A stretch of 64,000 bases of DNA, from positions 363,382,001-363,446,000 of the forward strand of contig NW_027362769.1 in assembly GCF_046119375.1 (NCBI RefSeq), given 5' to 3'. Position 1 is the first letter of the stretch. Each line of letters begins with the position of its first letter. Position numbers and translations under genes: made by a program. Positions 1 through 11,846 of the stretch are shown here, piece by piece. This stretch comes from Phyllobates terribilis. Lineage: Eukaryota. Below the pieces are notes generated by a model, which did no database searches, was not told where the DNA came from, and worked only from the letters and a program-made list of their open reading frames with translations.

Positions 1-3000
1 CGGAGCCAGAGAGAGAGCAGGCCGGAGCCAGGGCGAGGGCAGGACAGAGCCAGATTGAGAGCACGCCGGAGCCAAGGCGAGGGCAGGCCAGAGCCAGAGC
101 GAGAGCAGGCAGGTGCCAGGGCGAGAGCAGGCTGGAGCCACAGCGAGGGCAGGCCAGAGCCAGAGCAAGGGCAGGCCAGAGCCAGAGCAAGGGCAGGCCA
201 GAGCCAGAGCAAGGGCAGGCCCGAGCCAGAGCAAGGGCAGGCCAGAGCCAGAGCAAGGGCAGGCCATAGCCAGAGCGAGAGCAGGCCGGTGCCAGGGTGA
301 GAGCAGGCTGGAGTCAGAGCGAGGGCAGGCCAGAGCCAGAGCAAGCTGGAACCAGGGCGAGGGCAGACCGGAGCCAGAGAGACAGCAGGCCGGAGCCAGG
401 GTGAGGGCAGGCCGGAGCTAGAGCGAGAGCAGGCCGGAGCGAGAGCAGGCCGGAGCGAGAGCAGGCCGGAGCCAGGACGAATGCAGGCTGGAGGCAGGAC
501 GAGTGCAGGCAAGAGCTAGAACAGGCTGGAGCAAGGGCGAGAGCATGCCGGAGCCAAGGCGAGGGGAGGCCAGAGCGAGAGCAGGCCGGAGCCAGGGTGA
601 GGGCAGGCCAGAGCGAGTGCAGTCCAGAGCCAGGGCGAGTGCAAACAGTAGCCAGGGAGAGAGCAGGCTAGAGCCAAGGCAAGGGCAGGCCAGAGCCAGA
701 GCGAGCAGGCCGGAGCAAGGGCGAGGGCAGGACGGAGTCAGAGCGAGAGCAAGCCGGAGCCAGGGCGAGGGCAGGCCAGAGCGAGAGCAGTCCGGAGATA
801 GGTCGAGGGCAAGCCGTAGCCAGGGCGAAAGCAGGCCGGAGCCAAGGCGAAGGCAGGTCAGAGCCAGAGCAAGAGTAGGCCGGAGCCAGAGTGATAGCAG
901 GCCGGAGCCAAGGCGAGGGCAGGTAGGAGCGAGAGCAGGCCGGAGCCAAGGCGAGGGCAGGCTGAAGCCATACTGAGAGCAGGCCGGAGCCAGGGCGAGA
1001 GCAGGCCGGAGCCAGGGCGAGAGCAGGTCGGAGCCAGGGCGAGAGTAGGCCGGAGCCAGGGCGAGAGTAGGCCGGAGCCAAGGCGAGTGCAGGCCAGAGC
1101 GAGAGCAGGCCGGAGCCAGGGCGAGAGCAGGCCGGAGCCAGAGCGCGGGCAGGCCGGAGCCAGAGCGTGGGCAGGCAGGAGCCAAGGTGAGGGCTCACCG
1201 GAGCTAGAGCGAGAGCATGCTGGAGCCAGGGCGAGGGCAGGCCAGAGCCAGAGCAGGCTGGAGCAGAAGCGAGGGCAGGCAGGAGCCAAAGCGAGGGCAG
1301 GCAGGAGCCAAAGCGAGAGCAGGCCGGAGCTAAGGCGAGGGCAGGCAGAGCCAGAGCGAGAGCAGGCCAGAGCCAGGGCGAGGGCAGGCCGGAGCCAAGG
1401 CGAGGGCACACCGGAGCTATAGCAAGAGCAGGCCGGAGCCAGAGCGAGGGCAGGCCACAGCGAGAGCTGGCTGGAGCGAGGGCGAGAGCAGGCCGGAGCC
1501 AAAGCGAGGGCAGGCAGGAGCCAAGGCGAGGGCACACCGGAGCTAGAGCGAGAGCAGGCCGGAGCCAGAGCGAGGGCAGGCCAGAGCAAGAGCGAGAGCA
1601 GGCTGGAGCCAAAGCTTCGGCAGGCAGGAGCCAGAGCGAGAGCAGGCTGGAGCCAGGGCGAGCGCAGGCCAGAGCTAAGGCGAGGGCAGGCCGGAGCCAG
1701 AGCGGGAGCAGGCCGGAGCCAGGGCGAGGGCAGGCCGGCGCCAAGGCGAGGGCACATGGAAGCCAGAGCGAGAGCAGGCCGTAGCCAGGGCGAGGACAGA
1801 CCAGAGCCAGAGCGAGAGCAGGCCGGTGCCAGGGCGAGAGCAGGCCGGTGCCAGAGCGAGGGCAGGCCAGAGCGAGAGCAGGCCGGAACCTGGGCAAGGG
1901 CAGGCCGGAGACAGAGAGATAGCACGTCGGAGCAAGGGCAAGGGCTAGCCGGAGCAAGAGCGAGAGCCGGCCGGAGCCAGGGCGAGTGCAAGCCGGAGAC
2001 AGGGCGAGTGCAGGCCTGAGCGAGAGGAGGCTGGAGCCAGGGCGAGAGCAGGCCAGAGCCAGGGCGAGAGCAGGCCAGAGCCAGAGCGAAGGCAGGACAT
2101 AGCCAGAGCGAGAGTAGGCCGGAGCAAGGGAGAGGGCAAGCTGGAGCCAGGGCGAGGGCAGGCCGGAGCTAGAGCAAGAGCAGGTCGGAGCCAGGGCGAG
2201 GGCAGGTCAAAGCGAGAGTAGGCCGGAGCCAGAGAGCGGGTAGGCCGGAGACAGAGCGAGGGCAGACTGGAGACAGGGCGAAGGCAAGACGAAGCGAGGG
2301 CGAGAGCAGGCCGGGGCCAAGACGAAGGCAGGCCAGACCAGAGCTAAATCAGGCCGGAGCCAAGTTGAGGGCAGGCCAGAGCCCCAGAGAGAGCAGGCCA
2401 GAGCGAGAGCAGGCCGGAGCCAAGGCGAGAGCAGGCCGGAGCCAAGGAGATGGCAGGCCAGAGCCAGAGCGAGAGGAGGCCGGAGCCAGGGCGAAGGCAG
2501 GCAGATGCTATGGCTAGGGAAGGCCAGAGCCAGAGAGAGAGCGGGCCGGAGCCAGGGTGAGGGGAGGCCAGAGCGAGAGCAGGCAGTAGCCAGGGCGAGG
2601 GCAGGTCGGAGCCAGACCGAGAGCATGCCGGATCCAGGGCGAGGGCAGGCCGGAGCCAAGGCGAGGGAAGGCCAGAGCCAGAGGGAGAGCAGGACGGGCC
2701 AGGGTGAGGACAGGCCGGAGCCAGAGCGAGAGTAGGCCAGAGCCAGGGCAAGAGCAAGCCGGAGCCAAGGCGAGGGCAGGCTAGAGCCAGAGCGAGATCA
2801 GGCCGGAGCAAGGGCGAGGGCAGGCCAGAGCCAAGGCGAGGGCAGGCTAGAGCCAGACCGACGACAGGACATAGCCAGAGCGAGAGCAGGCCGGAGCCAG
2901 GCCGAGAGAGGGCCGGAGCCAAGGCAAGGGCACACCGGAGCCAGAGCGAGAGCAGGCCGGAGCTAGAGCGAGAGCAGGCCGGAGCCAGAGAAAGAGCAGG

Positions 3001-3236
3001 CCGGAGCCAAGGAGAGGGTAGGCCGGAGAAAGGTCGAGGGCAGGCCGGAGACAGGTCAAGGGCAGGCCGGAGCCAGAGCGAGAGCAGACCAGAGCAAGAG
3101 CGAGAGCAGGCCGGAGCCAGGGCGGGGGCAGGACGGAGCCAGAGCTAGAGCAGGCCGGAGCCAAGGCGAGGGCCGGCCGGAGGTAGAGCGAGAGCAGGCC
3201 GGAGCCAGGGCGAGGGCATGCCAGAGCGAGAGCAAA
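1..3236. repeat. GC-rich satellite built from ~11-bp monomers (GCCGGAGCCAG / GGCGAGGGCAG / AGCGAGAGCAG), ~22-bp higher-order unit; continues off the left edge
   Basis: Continuous degenerate tandem array, very T-poor on the + strand, ending abruptly near 3236. Confidence 0.95.
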
Positions 3237-4329
3237 ACCATATGCAGGCAAAGATAATAGGATGTACAGAAGTAACACCTACCCAATAGCTGGGAGTAGT
3301 ATGGGAAAGACATTGAGTCCTCACTCGGCTTTGCACCAGCGAAATTGTTTGTCATGTTTTGTTTTGTTCTTTCTCATATTGCAGTCACTGATGAAGGTCT
3401 GCTGTGGACTGATATTAAATTATATTTTCTGATGGACATAAGCCTTTGAGTGCCGAGGTTTTCTCTATACATGCCCTGTGATATCATCAGAAAGGTCACT
3501 GTTTTTTTTATGGATCCAATTTTCAATATTAACAAGAAATGAATTTAATAAAAAGACAAAACCCCCTACCTCGTTTTATAATTGTAAGACACACATTTAA
3601 AGAAACCCTTTTATTTTATCTATATTACCTACTGCTCTATGTACTAAAAGAAAACACAGGACTCTTTACTTCCATTCCTGACCGCATTAACCCCTTTACA
3701 ACCCAAGGTGGTTTGCACTTTAATGACCAGGCCAATTTTTACAATTCTGACCACTGTTACTTTATGAGGTAATTACTCTGGAACGCTCAATGGTTCCCCC
3801 TGATTCTGAGATTGTTTTATTGTGACATATTGTACTTCATGATTGTGGTAAAATTTCTTCGATATCACTTGCATTTATTTGTAAAAAAAACGGAAATTTG
3901 GCAAAAATTTAGAAAATTTTACAATTTTCAAAATTTTAATTTTTATGCCCTTAAATCAGAGAGATATGTCACACAAAATAGTTAATAAATAACATTTCCC
4001 ACATGTCTACTTTACATCAGCACAATTTTGGAACCAAATTTTTCTTTTTTATTAGGGAGCTATAAGGGTTAAAAGTTGACCAGCAATTTCTCATTTTTCC
4101 AACAAAATTTACAAAACCATTTTTTTAGGGACCACATCACATTTGATGTCACTTTGATGGGTCTTTATGACAGAAAATACCTAAAAGTGACACCATTCTA
4201 AAAACTGCACCCCTCAAGGTGCTCAAAACCACATTCAAGAACTTTATTAACACCTTCAGGTGCTTCACAGGAATTTTTGGAATGTGGAAGAAAAAAATTA
4301 ATATTTAACTTTTTTCAAAAAATGTTACT

Positions 4330-5450
4330 TTAGGCACAATTTTTTTGATTTTCGCAGGGGTAACAGGAAAAAATGGACCCCAAAATTTGTTGTGCAATTT
4401 TTCCTGAGCATGCAGATACCCCATATGTGGGGAAAAAACACTGTTTGGGCGCACGGCAGGGTTCGGAAGGGAAGGAGCGCCATTTGACTTTTTGAATGTA
4501 AAATTTACTTGAACAATTAGTGGACGCTATGTTTCGTTTGGGGAGCCCCTGATGTGACTAAACAGTGGAAACCGTCCACAAGTGACAACATCTTGGAAAC
4601 TAGACCCCTCAGGGAACTTATCTAGATGTGTGGTGAGCACCTTGAACCCCCTGGTGCTTCACAGAAGTTTATAACAGTGAGCAGTAAAAATAAAATTTTC
4701 ACATTTTTCCCTCAAAAATGTTTTTCAGCCCCCAATTTTGCATTTTCATAAGGGTAACAGGAGGAATTGCACCATGCAGTTTTTTTTGCAATTTCTCCTG
4801 AGTAAGCAGATACCCCATATGTGGGGGAAAACCACTGTTTGGGCGCACGGCAGGGTTCGGAAAGGAAGGAGCGCCATTTGACTTTTTGAATGTAAAATTT
4901 GCTTGAATAATTAGCGGACGCCATGTTGCGTTTGGAGAGCCCCTGATGTGCCTAAACAGTGGAAACCCCCCACATGTGACACCATTTTGGAAACTAGACC
5001 CCTCAGGGAACTTATCTGGATGTGTGGTGAGCACCCTGAACTCCCAAGTGCTTTAAAGAAGTTTATAACATGGAGCCGTGAAAATAAAATCAAACTATTT
5101 CCACAAAAATGATGTTTTAGCACCATTTTTTTTATTTTCACAAGGGTAAGTGGAGAAAATGGACCCCAAAAACTTTTGTGCAATTTCTCCTGAGTACGCC
5201 AATACCCCATATGTGGGGAAAATACAGTGTTTGGGCGCACGGCAGAGTTCAGAAGGGAAGGAGCACTGTGTGACTTTTTGAACGCAAAATTGGCTGGAAT
5301 CGAGAGCGGACGCCATGTCGCGTTTGGAGAGCCCCTGATGTGACTAAATAGTGGAAAGCCCCCACAAGTGACCCCATTATGGAAACTACACCCCTCAAGG
5401 ATTTTATCAAGGGGTACAGCGAACATTTTGAACCCAGAGGTACGACACAG
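4330..5450. repeat. ~393-bp internal tandem repeat, about 3 copies, inside the piggyBac-like element
   Basis: CCCCATATGTGGGG recurs at 4419, 4813 and 5205 with homologous flanks. Confidence 0.85.
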
Positions 5451-5496
5451 AATTTGATAACATTAGGTCATCATATTGAATAAGTTGTCATTAGTC

Positions 5497-5786
5497 TTGA
5501 GCGCAAGTGCTCGCTACTTGAGTTTGCATCGGGTACTCAGGTATGCACCATGTATCGAGGGTGCTCGAGTGACATGCTCGAGTCACCGCCCTCATGTTTC
5601 ACGGCTATTAGACACCCAAAAAAAAACATGCGGGGATCGCTCATGCATGGCAGGCAATCCCCGCAAGGTATTTTTGGCCGCAAAGCATATGGGGCGGAGA
5701 CTCGAGCATGTCACTCGAGCACCCGCGATACTCAGGGCATACCCGAGCACCCGATGCAAACTCAAGTAGCGAGCACTTGCGCTCAA
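5497..5786. mobile_element. MITE with ~90-bp terminal inverted repeats, nested in the piggyBac-like element
   Basis: TTGAGCGCAAGTGCTCGCTACTTGAGTTTGCATCGGG at the left is mirrored by CCCGATGCAAACTCAAGTAGCGAGCACTTGCGCTCAA at the right. Confidence 0.85.
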
Positions 5787-5834
5787 CACCAGTCGCCATA
5801 TCGTCTTCTTTTTTTTTTTACTTTTGAAAAAAAT

Positions 5835-6070
5835 CCCAACCCTAACCCTACCCTAGCCCAACCCTAACTCCAACCCTGGCCCAACCCTAACTCCAACCCT
5901 AACCCTACCCTAACCCCAACCCCAACCCATACCCTAGCCCAACCCTAACCCTAACCCCAACCCTAACCATAGCCCAACCCTAACCCCAACCCTAAGCCTA
6001 ACCCTAGCCCAACCCCAAACCTAGCCCATCCCTAACCCTAACCCTACCACAACCCTAACCCTAACCCTAA
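5835..6070. repeat. Degenerate interstitial telomere-like (CCCTAA)n array
   Basis: Runs of CCCTAA, CCCCAA and CCCTAG hexamers. Confidence 0.9.
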
Positions 6071-8050
6071 AGTTTATATTTTACGCCGTTCCTCGTGCGG
6101 TATAAGTGATTAGACGACTTTATTCTTCGGGTCAGTGCGATTACAGCGATGCCAGAATCATATCGGGATTTCATGATTGACAGCTGTCACACACTAAAAG
6201 ACGCATTTTTTTGTAAAATCTAGTTTTTGCATCGCCATATTTTGAGAGCTATAACTTTTCCATATATTGGCCGACAGAGTCACGTGACATCTTGTTTTTT
6301 GCGGGATGAGTTGACATTTTTATTGGTGCCATTTTCAGGCACGTGACATATTTTGATCGCTCTCTATTCCGATTTTTGGCAGGCAGAATAAACAAAAACC
6401 AACAATTCAGGAATTGTTTTTTTTGTTTTTTTTTTTATGCTGTTCCGCGTGTGGTAAAATTGATAAGGTAGCTTTATTCTTCGGGTCAGTACGTTTACAG
6501 TGGTACCACATTTACATTGTTTGTCTATGTTTTGGCGCTTTTACACAATAAAAGCTATTTTAAAGAAAAAATAATTTTTTTGCATAGCTTTATTCTGAGA
6601 GCTATAACTTTTTTCTTTTTCGGCTGATGGAGCTGTATGGCAGCTTGTTTTTTGCGGGACAAGATGACTTTTTCAGTGGTATCATTATTATTTATATTCG
6701 TCTTTTCGATTGCGTGTTATTCCATTTTTTGTTTGGCAGTATGATGAGAAAGCATTGTTTTTTGCTTCATTTTTTATTTATTTTTTTTACCATGTTCACT
6801 GAAGGGGCTAACTAGTGGGACAGTTTTATAGGTCAGGTCATTCCGGACGCGGCAATACCAAATATGTGTACTTTTATTGGTTTTTTTTGCATAATAATAT
6901 TTATTGATGGGTACATTATACTTTTATTTTTGGTGGATTATTTTTTTATTTTTTTTTCTTCACTTTCTGACACTTTTTTTACTTTTATTCTTTGTCCCAC
7001 TATGGGACTTTCACTTTTTTTATTCTGATCGCCTGTATAGCATAGGGATGGAGCACCAGCCCTGTGCTATTCAGGCTGTCAGCGCTGCAAATGCAGAAGG
7101 TACTTTGGTCATGCACTGTGCATGCCAAAATATCTTCCTGCTGTCTGGTAACCCAGATGTTGTCATGACGACATCGGGTCGTCATGGCAACATCCGGGAA
7201 GCCGCGGCAGACATCGCTGGACGCCGGCAGGAGAGGTGAGTATCCCGATCACCTCCCCTTGCCCCAGCAATGCTACGATCGATTCAGCTGCGACAATCGG
7301 CTGACACCCGGCGGCGATCGCGCCCGCACAGCCTGTGTGTGGGCGCGATCGCAAAGACGTACTAATACGTATCAGGCTCTTAAGTCCCAGGGCGCAGATA
7401 CATATTAGTACGTCTTGAGCTTTAAAGGGGTTAAACTACAACTCCAATGTCAGCCCCTAATTCAATAGGAACCAAAGATCTGAGTACAGAGAATGATAAT
7501 AAAATAATTTGTCCACATAAATGGCAAAACTACCCAAAAATGGAGCCCCATAAAGATGTCCCAACTTGACCTCCCCCACCCACCTAATATCAACTGATCA
7601 TCAGCAATTTCTCATTTAGACAAGGGGTTGTCCTGAAAATGTCTTATTACAGAGTGTTCCCGGCAATCCATGATAAATCCGGTGGATAAACTATAAGTAT
7701 ACCAAAGCCTAAAAGTAAAGAGCTACTTACCTGGACTCATCCTCTTCCAGCTGTCCGGTTATAGTGACACAAGATGGCAGCAGTGTAGAACATTATACAT
7801 TCTATTCCAATTGTGATGTCTATGATGTCATGTGCCTTGTGATGTCATCATAGCTATCACTGTCATTTCAAATTTACAACCGCAAGAAAAAGTTGATTTC
7901 ATTGTTTAAGAAAAAACATGGTGGGTAATTGCAGCCTGTGATTATTTTACATATTGTTATTAATATTTGTCATGTCCTTCACTGCCGCCTCCTGCACAGC
8001 TTTTTATATACTGTTTATTTTAATAATGGACAATTCACAAGCCCTGCATG

Positions 8051-9319
8051 TGACGCGCCCCCTGGGCCATGCTGCGCCGCGCCGCGCATGCGGGGACACC
8101 CGGAGCCGGATCCAACGGGGGTTGTAGTCTCCGAGTGGCGGGGACCCGGTCCGTGCCCAGGGTGGTCAAACCGACAGCAATCTATTTGTAATGTTGTTAT
8201 AGAGTTCGACTACGCCACCCGTTGATTTGCGGTCACAAGGCCGCCGCTGCAAAACAGTCCGCTGAGGCCGGTGGTATATATGTGCAGCTATGGTGGTATA
8301 ACCCCCAACGGGAGAGGTATAGCCTCAGGGCAGCTGGTACGGGAGAAGGGAGTCATAGTGAGAGCGTCCCGGTACCTATGGTGCTGGTGGTGCGATGGAA
8401 CACAGAGACTGATTGCAGCTTTCAATGCTTTACTCACAGTTGTTATTAACGTCAGTCCTGCAGGTGATGACGACCCGAGCCGTGCTGCGTCCACCAGGTG
8501 CGGGACTCGGCCAACTCCCAGGCAGTTCCAGAGCGTGGTCCTGAGCTCCCCTCTCCTCCTTCCTACTGGCCGTCCCCGCCAGGGATCCACCTCTGTCCGG
8601 CTCCCTCGGGCCTTCTGGTGGTAAAACCTTTCCCGGCTTCCCTGACCCTATACGTGGTTTGCCTTCCTGGTGGATATGGCGAGGGGTCGCGCCAAAACTT
8701 GTCCACGACCTCCGGTTCCTGGCTGAGGATATTTGGCCTCCACCAGTTTGGGATCCGGTACCCTGTTCTGCCAACCCTTCACCCGTTAGCTCGTGGGATC
8801 TCAGGGTTCCCTCTTCTCCTGCGTCTCTGGGCCTCTCCTGGCGCTTCTGTTCTTTCTCCTTCCTCTGTCTCTCTGCTTCAGGCCTCCACTCCAGGCCTGA
8901 CTCTGGAGCTGGGCCCGGACTGAGCCACAGCTCCCTGTCAGCCCTCTCTGGCTGAGCTCCTCTCTTAACAGACCCCTGATCCAAGATGGTGCCCCCCTTA
9001 TATACTCCCTTCTGACACCCGAGCCCAGGTGACTAGCACCCAATGGGCTCCTACCTATGCCCAGAGTCCCTCCCCTCTCTGCTCCTACACCACTGGGATG
9101 TTCCTCCCCCCCCCCACTCCAGCCGGGGACAGAAGCTGTCGTACCTGCACATCTATCTGGTGGGAGTACCGTTGGTCTGTCCCCCGGAAATAGGGTGAGT
9201 GTAGTGCATGCAGCTAACTGAGCTCAGTTCCACACTCCATCCTTACCCGGGAGTGGAATACCACACCTCTGGTTCGAGGTGCAATACCCCTGTAGCAGCC
9301 GAGTCCTCGGGGTGCTACA
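8051..9319 (-). repeat. 3' LTR of copy A
   Basis: Direct repeat of 11847-13105; differs by a 12-bp indel, poly-C length and a few substitutions. Confidence 0.95.
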
Positions 9320-9331
9320 TTCCCCCCTGGT
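9320..9331 (-). promoter_or_regulatory. Polypurine tract
   Basis: Minus strand ACCAGGGGGGAA directly precedes TGTAGCAC of the 3' LTR. Confidence 0.8.
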
Positions 9332-9895
9332 AAATCACAGCACGTCCTCGGGCTGGAAAAGAGCAAAACAATATAAAACATACAATAATTTTAAAGTGTA
9401 CACTTGCATGTAAGACATATTAACTGAAAACTCATCCCTTTATGGGAGGTACTCTGTTCTTCTTAACGTTACAGGTATAAAACATTACGAAAACATTATC
9501 AGACTTTCTGCACACTTATAAAATACCATTAAATCTTTTAGCATCATATAAAACTTTTTCATATAAAACATTCTTGACCAACACGTTCTTGATCTCTGGC
9601 CACCGTGCAACTTGTGACCAGGTAAAGTGCAACAGTCTCTAATTTCGTGATAGAAAAAAAACAGTTCTTTATAAAACCAGTAGGGGGCGCTTTAGGAAGC
9701 GCAACTATTTACAGGGTGACCGCTCTCAGTCCTCGGCCAGTGGGGAATAAGGAAGTGGCTGCTCACAGTCCTCAGCCTGGTTAGGGATAGGGGCACACAG
9801 GAAACAGTTCCACGCTAGTCCCAACGGGGACCACACTCCAATTAGCAACAGGTCAGGTACCCTGATGGGTAACTATGTACAGTTTCAGTTACCGT

Positions 9896-11590
9896 TCATT
9901 TGTAACGACGTCCTCCTGCTCCTTCCTGAGGGTAGTCTTCAGACCCGTCCGGGTCCTCTTGGTCTTCCTCATACTGCAACTCCTCCTCAGTCAGCCGGTG
10001 TACGTGGAGGGCGTACGGTCCTTTAGCACACTGATGCCGGGTGAAGGTGACCACATCACCCGGGTAGAGGTCACGTCTACGGTGTCCCTCCGGCAGGTGG
10101 CTCTCAACATCCCTGCGGGTGACAAAGACGTCGCCGGGGGTTCGGTGATCCCGGATAAAGCCCCAGCCGTTCTCCAGTTGAAACTTTATTACGGTCCCGG
10201 TGGCGCGGGGACCGTGGGCCGTACGGGGGTTTCGTCGGGCCCGGCGTTTCTGCTCCGCACTTTGGACCTGCAGCTGTTCCTCGCGGATCCGCCTCTCTCG
10301 CCGTTCTCTCCCAAAGACCTCTAGCTGTTGACGGCAGCACTCCTCACGCCGGGCTGCGGCCGCCCGGGTCTCCTTGGTGAACCCCATGAGGTCCTCACCG
10401 GTCGGGTCCCATGCGAATTGGGCGTCCTCCAACGGGAGCGGGACAATTTTGGCGGGCGCCGGGATCAGAGGCTCACACAGGGGTCGTTCCCTCCGGAGTC
10501 GGGGGTTGATGTACTCCGGTGGCCACACAAAGGGCAGCCCGTCCGGGCTAGTATGCTGCGCGAAGAGATCTTCGCCCAGAGGCAGCACTGTGGAAGTTGA
10601 GGGCGCTGGGGCAGCGGTGCCCGGAGGTACCCGGCCTTGCGTCCAGGCCGGAGGCATCCTCTTTGGGTCCAGGTATGGCACCTTTGGAGAGGAGGGCGCC
10701 GTGGGGGCAGCGGCGCCCGGATGCACCAGGCCTTGCGACCAGGCCGGCGGCACAGTGGAGGTAGAGGGCGCTGTGGAAACCGCGGCGCCCGGGGGTACTC
10801 GGCCTTGCGCCCAGGCCGGTGGCACTTCCTGTTTTGCCACGCTCAGGGTCAAGGGGCGTGGCGTAACAGAGGGCGTGACCGCGGCTCCTGCCGCTTGAGG
10901 CCTAGTTGGGAGCAGTGGCGGTGCGGCAATGGGCTCGGTGAGTATGACTTCGGGCTCTGCGACGGGGAGCTGGGGCAGGCTTACGGCTACTGGGCACGGG
11001 GTGATGACGTCCCCATTACCTGCTTCCATCCTTGCAGCTCCCTCCGCGGCGTCGTCTCCGGCCTTTGTCCCTCCTGCACCATCCTCAGGGGCAGACATGC
11101 CCCACGTTGCGGGTGGCGTCCTCCGCTGGCGGGTTCCAGCCTGCTGGGCCATCTACCTTCTCCATTCGGCCAGTGCTTCTTGCTGTACTCGGGCCATCTT
11201 CCGGGCCAAGGCCTCCAGCGCGGTCTGTGCATGCTCCCGATCTCTGGGGAGTTGTGCTAGGATCCCCACCAGGCCTTCTGGGGTGGCGGCCTGCAACAGG
11301 CTCCGGACCACGGGGTCGGTGCTGCTCGACTCTCCCTCCATCTCCGGGTGCGATCTGTCCAGACTCCTCCAGGCCGCACCCATCTTCTCAGCTTTGTTCT
11401 CTCTCCGCCCCCATTGGGAGTGGTCCCGGGGCAACTTGGTGACTGTCAGTTTCAGGGGCAGCCCCCCCACTCTGATGGACATCTCCATTATTGTAGTCTC
11501 GGCTGGTGGGGGCGGTCTCTTCCTTTGGCGCCACTCTGGGGCCATGCCCACGATGGGAGGTGGTCTCTTGCCACCCTCTGGCACGCCCAT
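9896..11590 (-). pseudogene. LTR-element ORF (~564 codons): helical N-terminus, Pro/Ala-rich repeats, coiled coil, C-terminal cold-shock domain; one in-frame TAG at 11153-11155
   Basis: GTVIKFQLENGWGFIRD..GDVFVTRRDV..LYPGDVVTF..KGPYALHV matches the CSD RNP1/RNP2 pattern of YBX/Lin28 proteins; ORFs 11153..11896 and 9896..11152 are in one frame. Confidence 0.8.
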
Positions 11591-11823
11591 AATGGCGTCC
11601 GCTCTGCCAGGGCGGGAAACCTTCTCAGATGGCGGGAATCGTCTCCTGATGGCGGGAAACTCCGCGGATGGCGGGTAAAGGCTGCAAATGGCGGGCAAAC
11701 GGCGGGAAACGACTCCGGACGGCGTCCGATGGCGGGAACCCTCCGGAATTGGCGGGAGACTTCTTTTTGAGGTACATGTTAACTTTTCTTCAGGCACGCA
11801 GTACCCGGTGGTTGCGGGCACGT

Positions 11824-11842
11824 AATCCTGCCGACTACGCCA
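11824..11842 (-). promoter_or_regulatory. Primer-binding site for tRNA-Ser
   Basis: + strand AATCCTGCCGACTACGCCA equals the 3' end of vertebrate tRNA-Ser plus CCA; 4 nt from the LTR. Confidence 0.9.
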
Positions 11843-11846
11843 AAGT

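Larger units (their letters stand above)
3691..7430. mobile_element. Non-autonomous TTAA-specific DNA transposon, piggyBac-like
   Basis: TTAA (3687-3690) then CCCCTTTA ... TAAAGGGG then TTAA (7431-7434); no transposase ORF. Confidence 0.75.

Noticed and set aside
55-3355. Many long Arg/Ala/Pro-rich ORFs on both strands
   Set aside because: Products of a T-poor satellite with few stop codons; no domain content
9896-10200. Host YBX or Lin28 gene or processed pseudogene
   Set aside because: The CSD is very divergent, lacks Lin28 CCHC knuckles and the YBX C-terminal domain, and sits between LTRs with PBS and PPT
11150-11155. TAG-ATG junction as programmed readthrough or reinitiation
   Set aside because: The homologous codon in copy B is GAG (Glu), so a point nonsense mutation is simpler; not fully excluded without more copies
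11824-11842. tRNA-Ser gene
   Set aside because: Only the 3' 19 nt including CCA match; it is a primer-binding site
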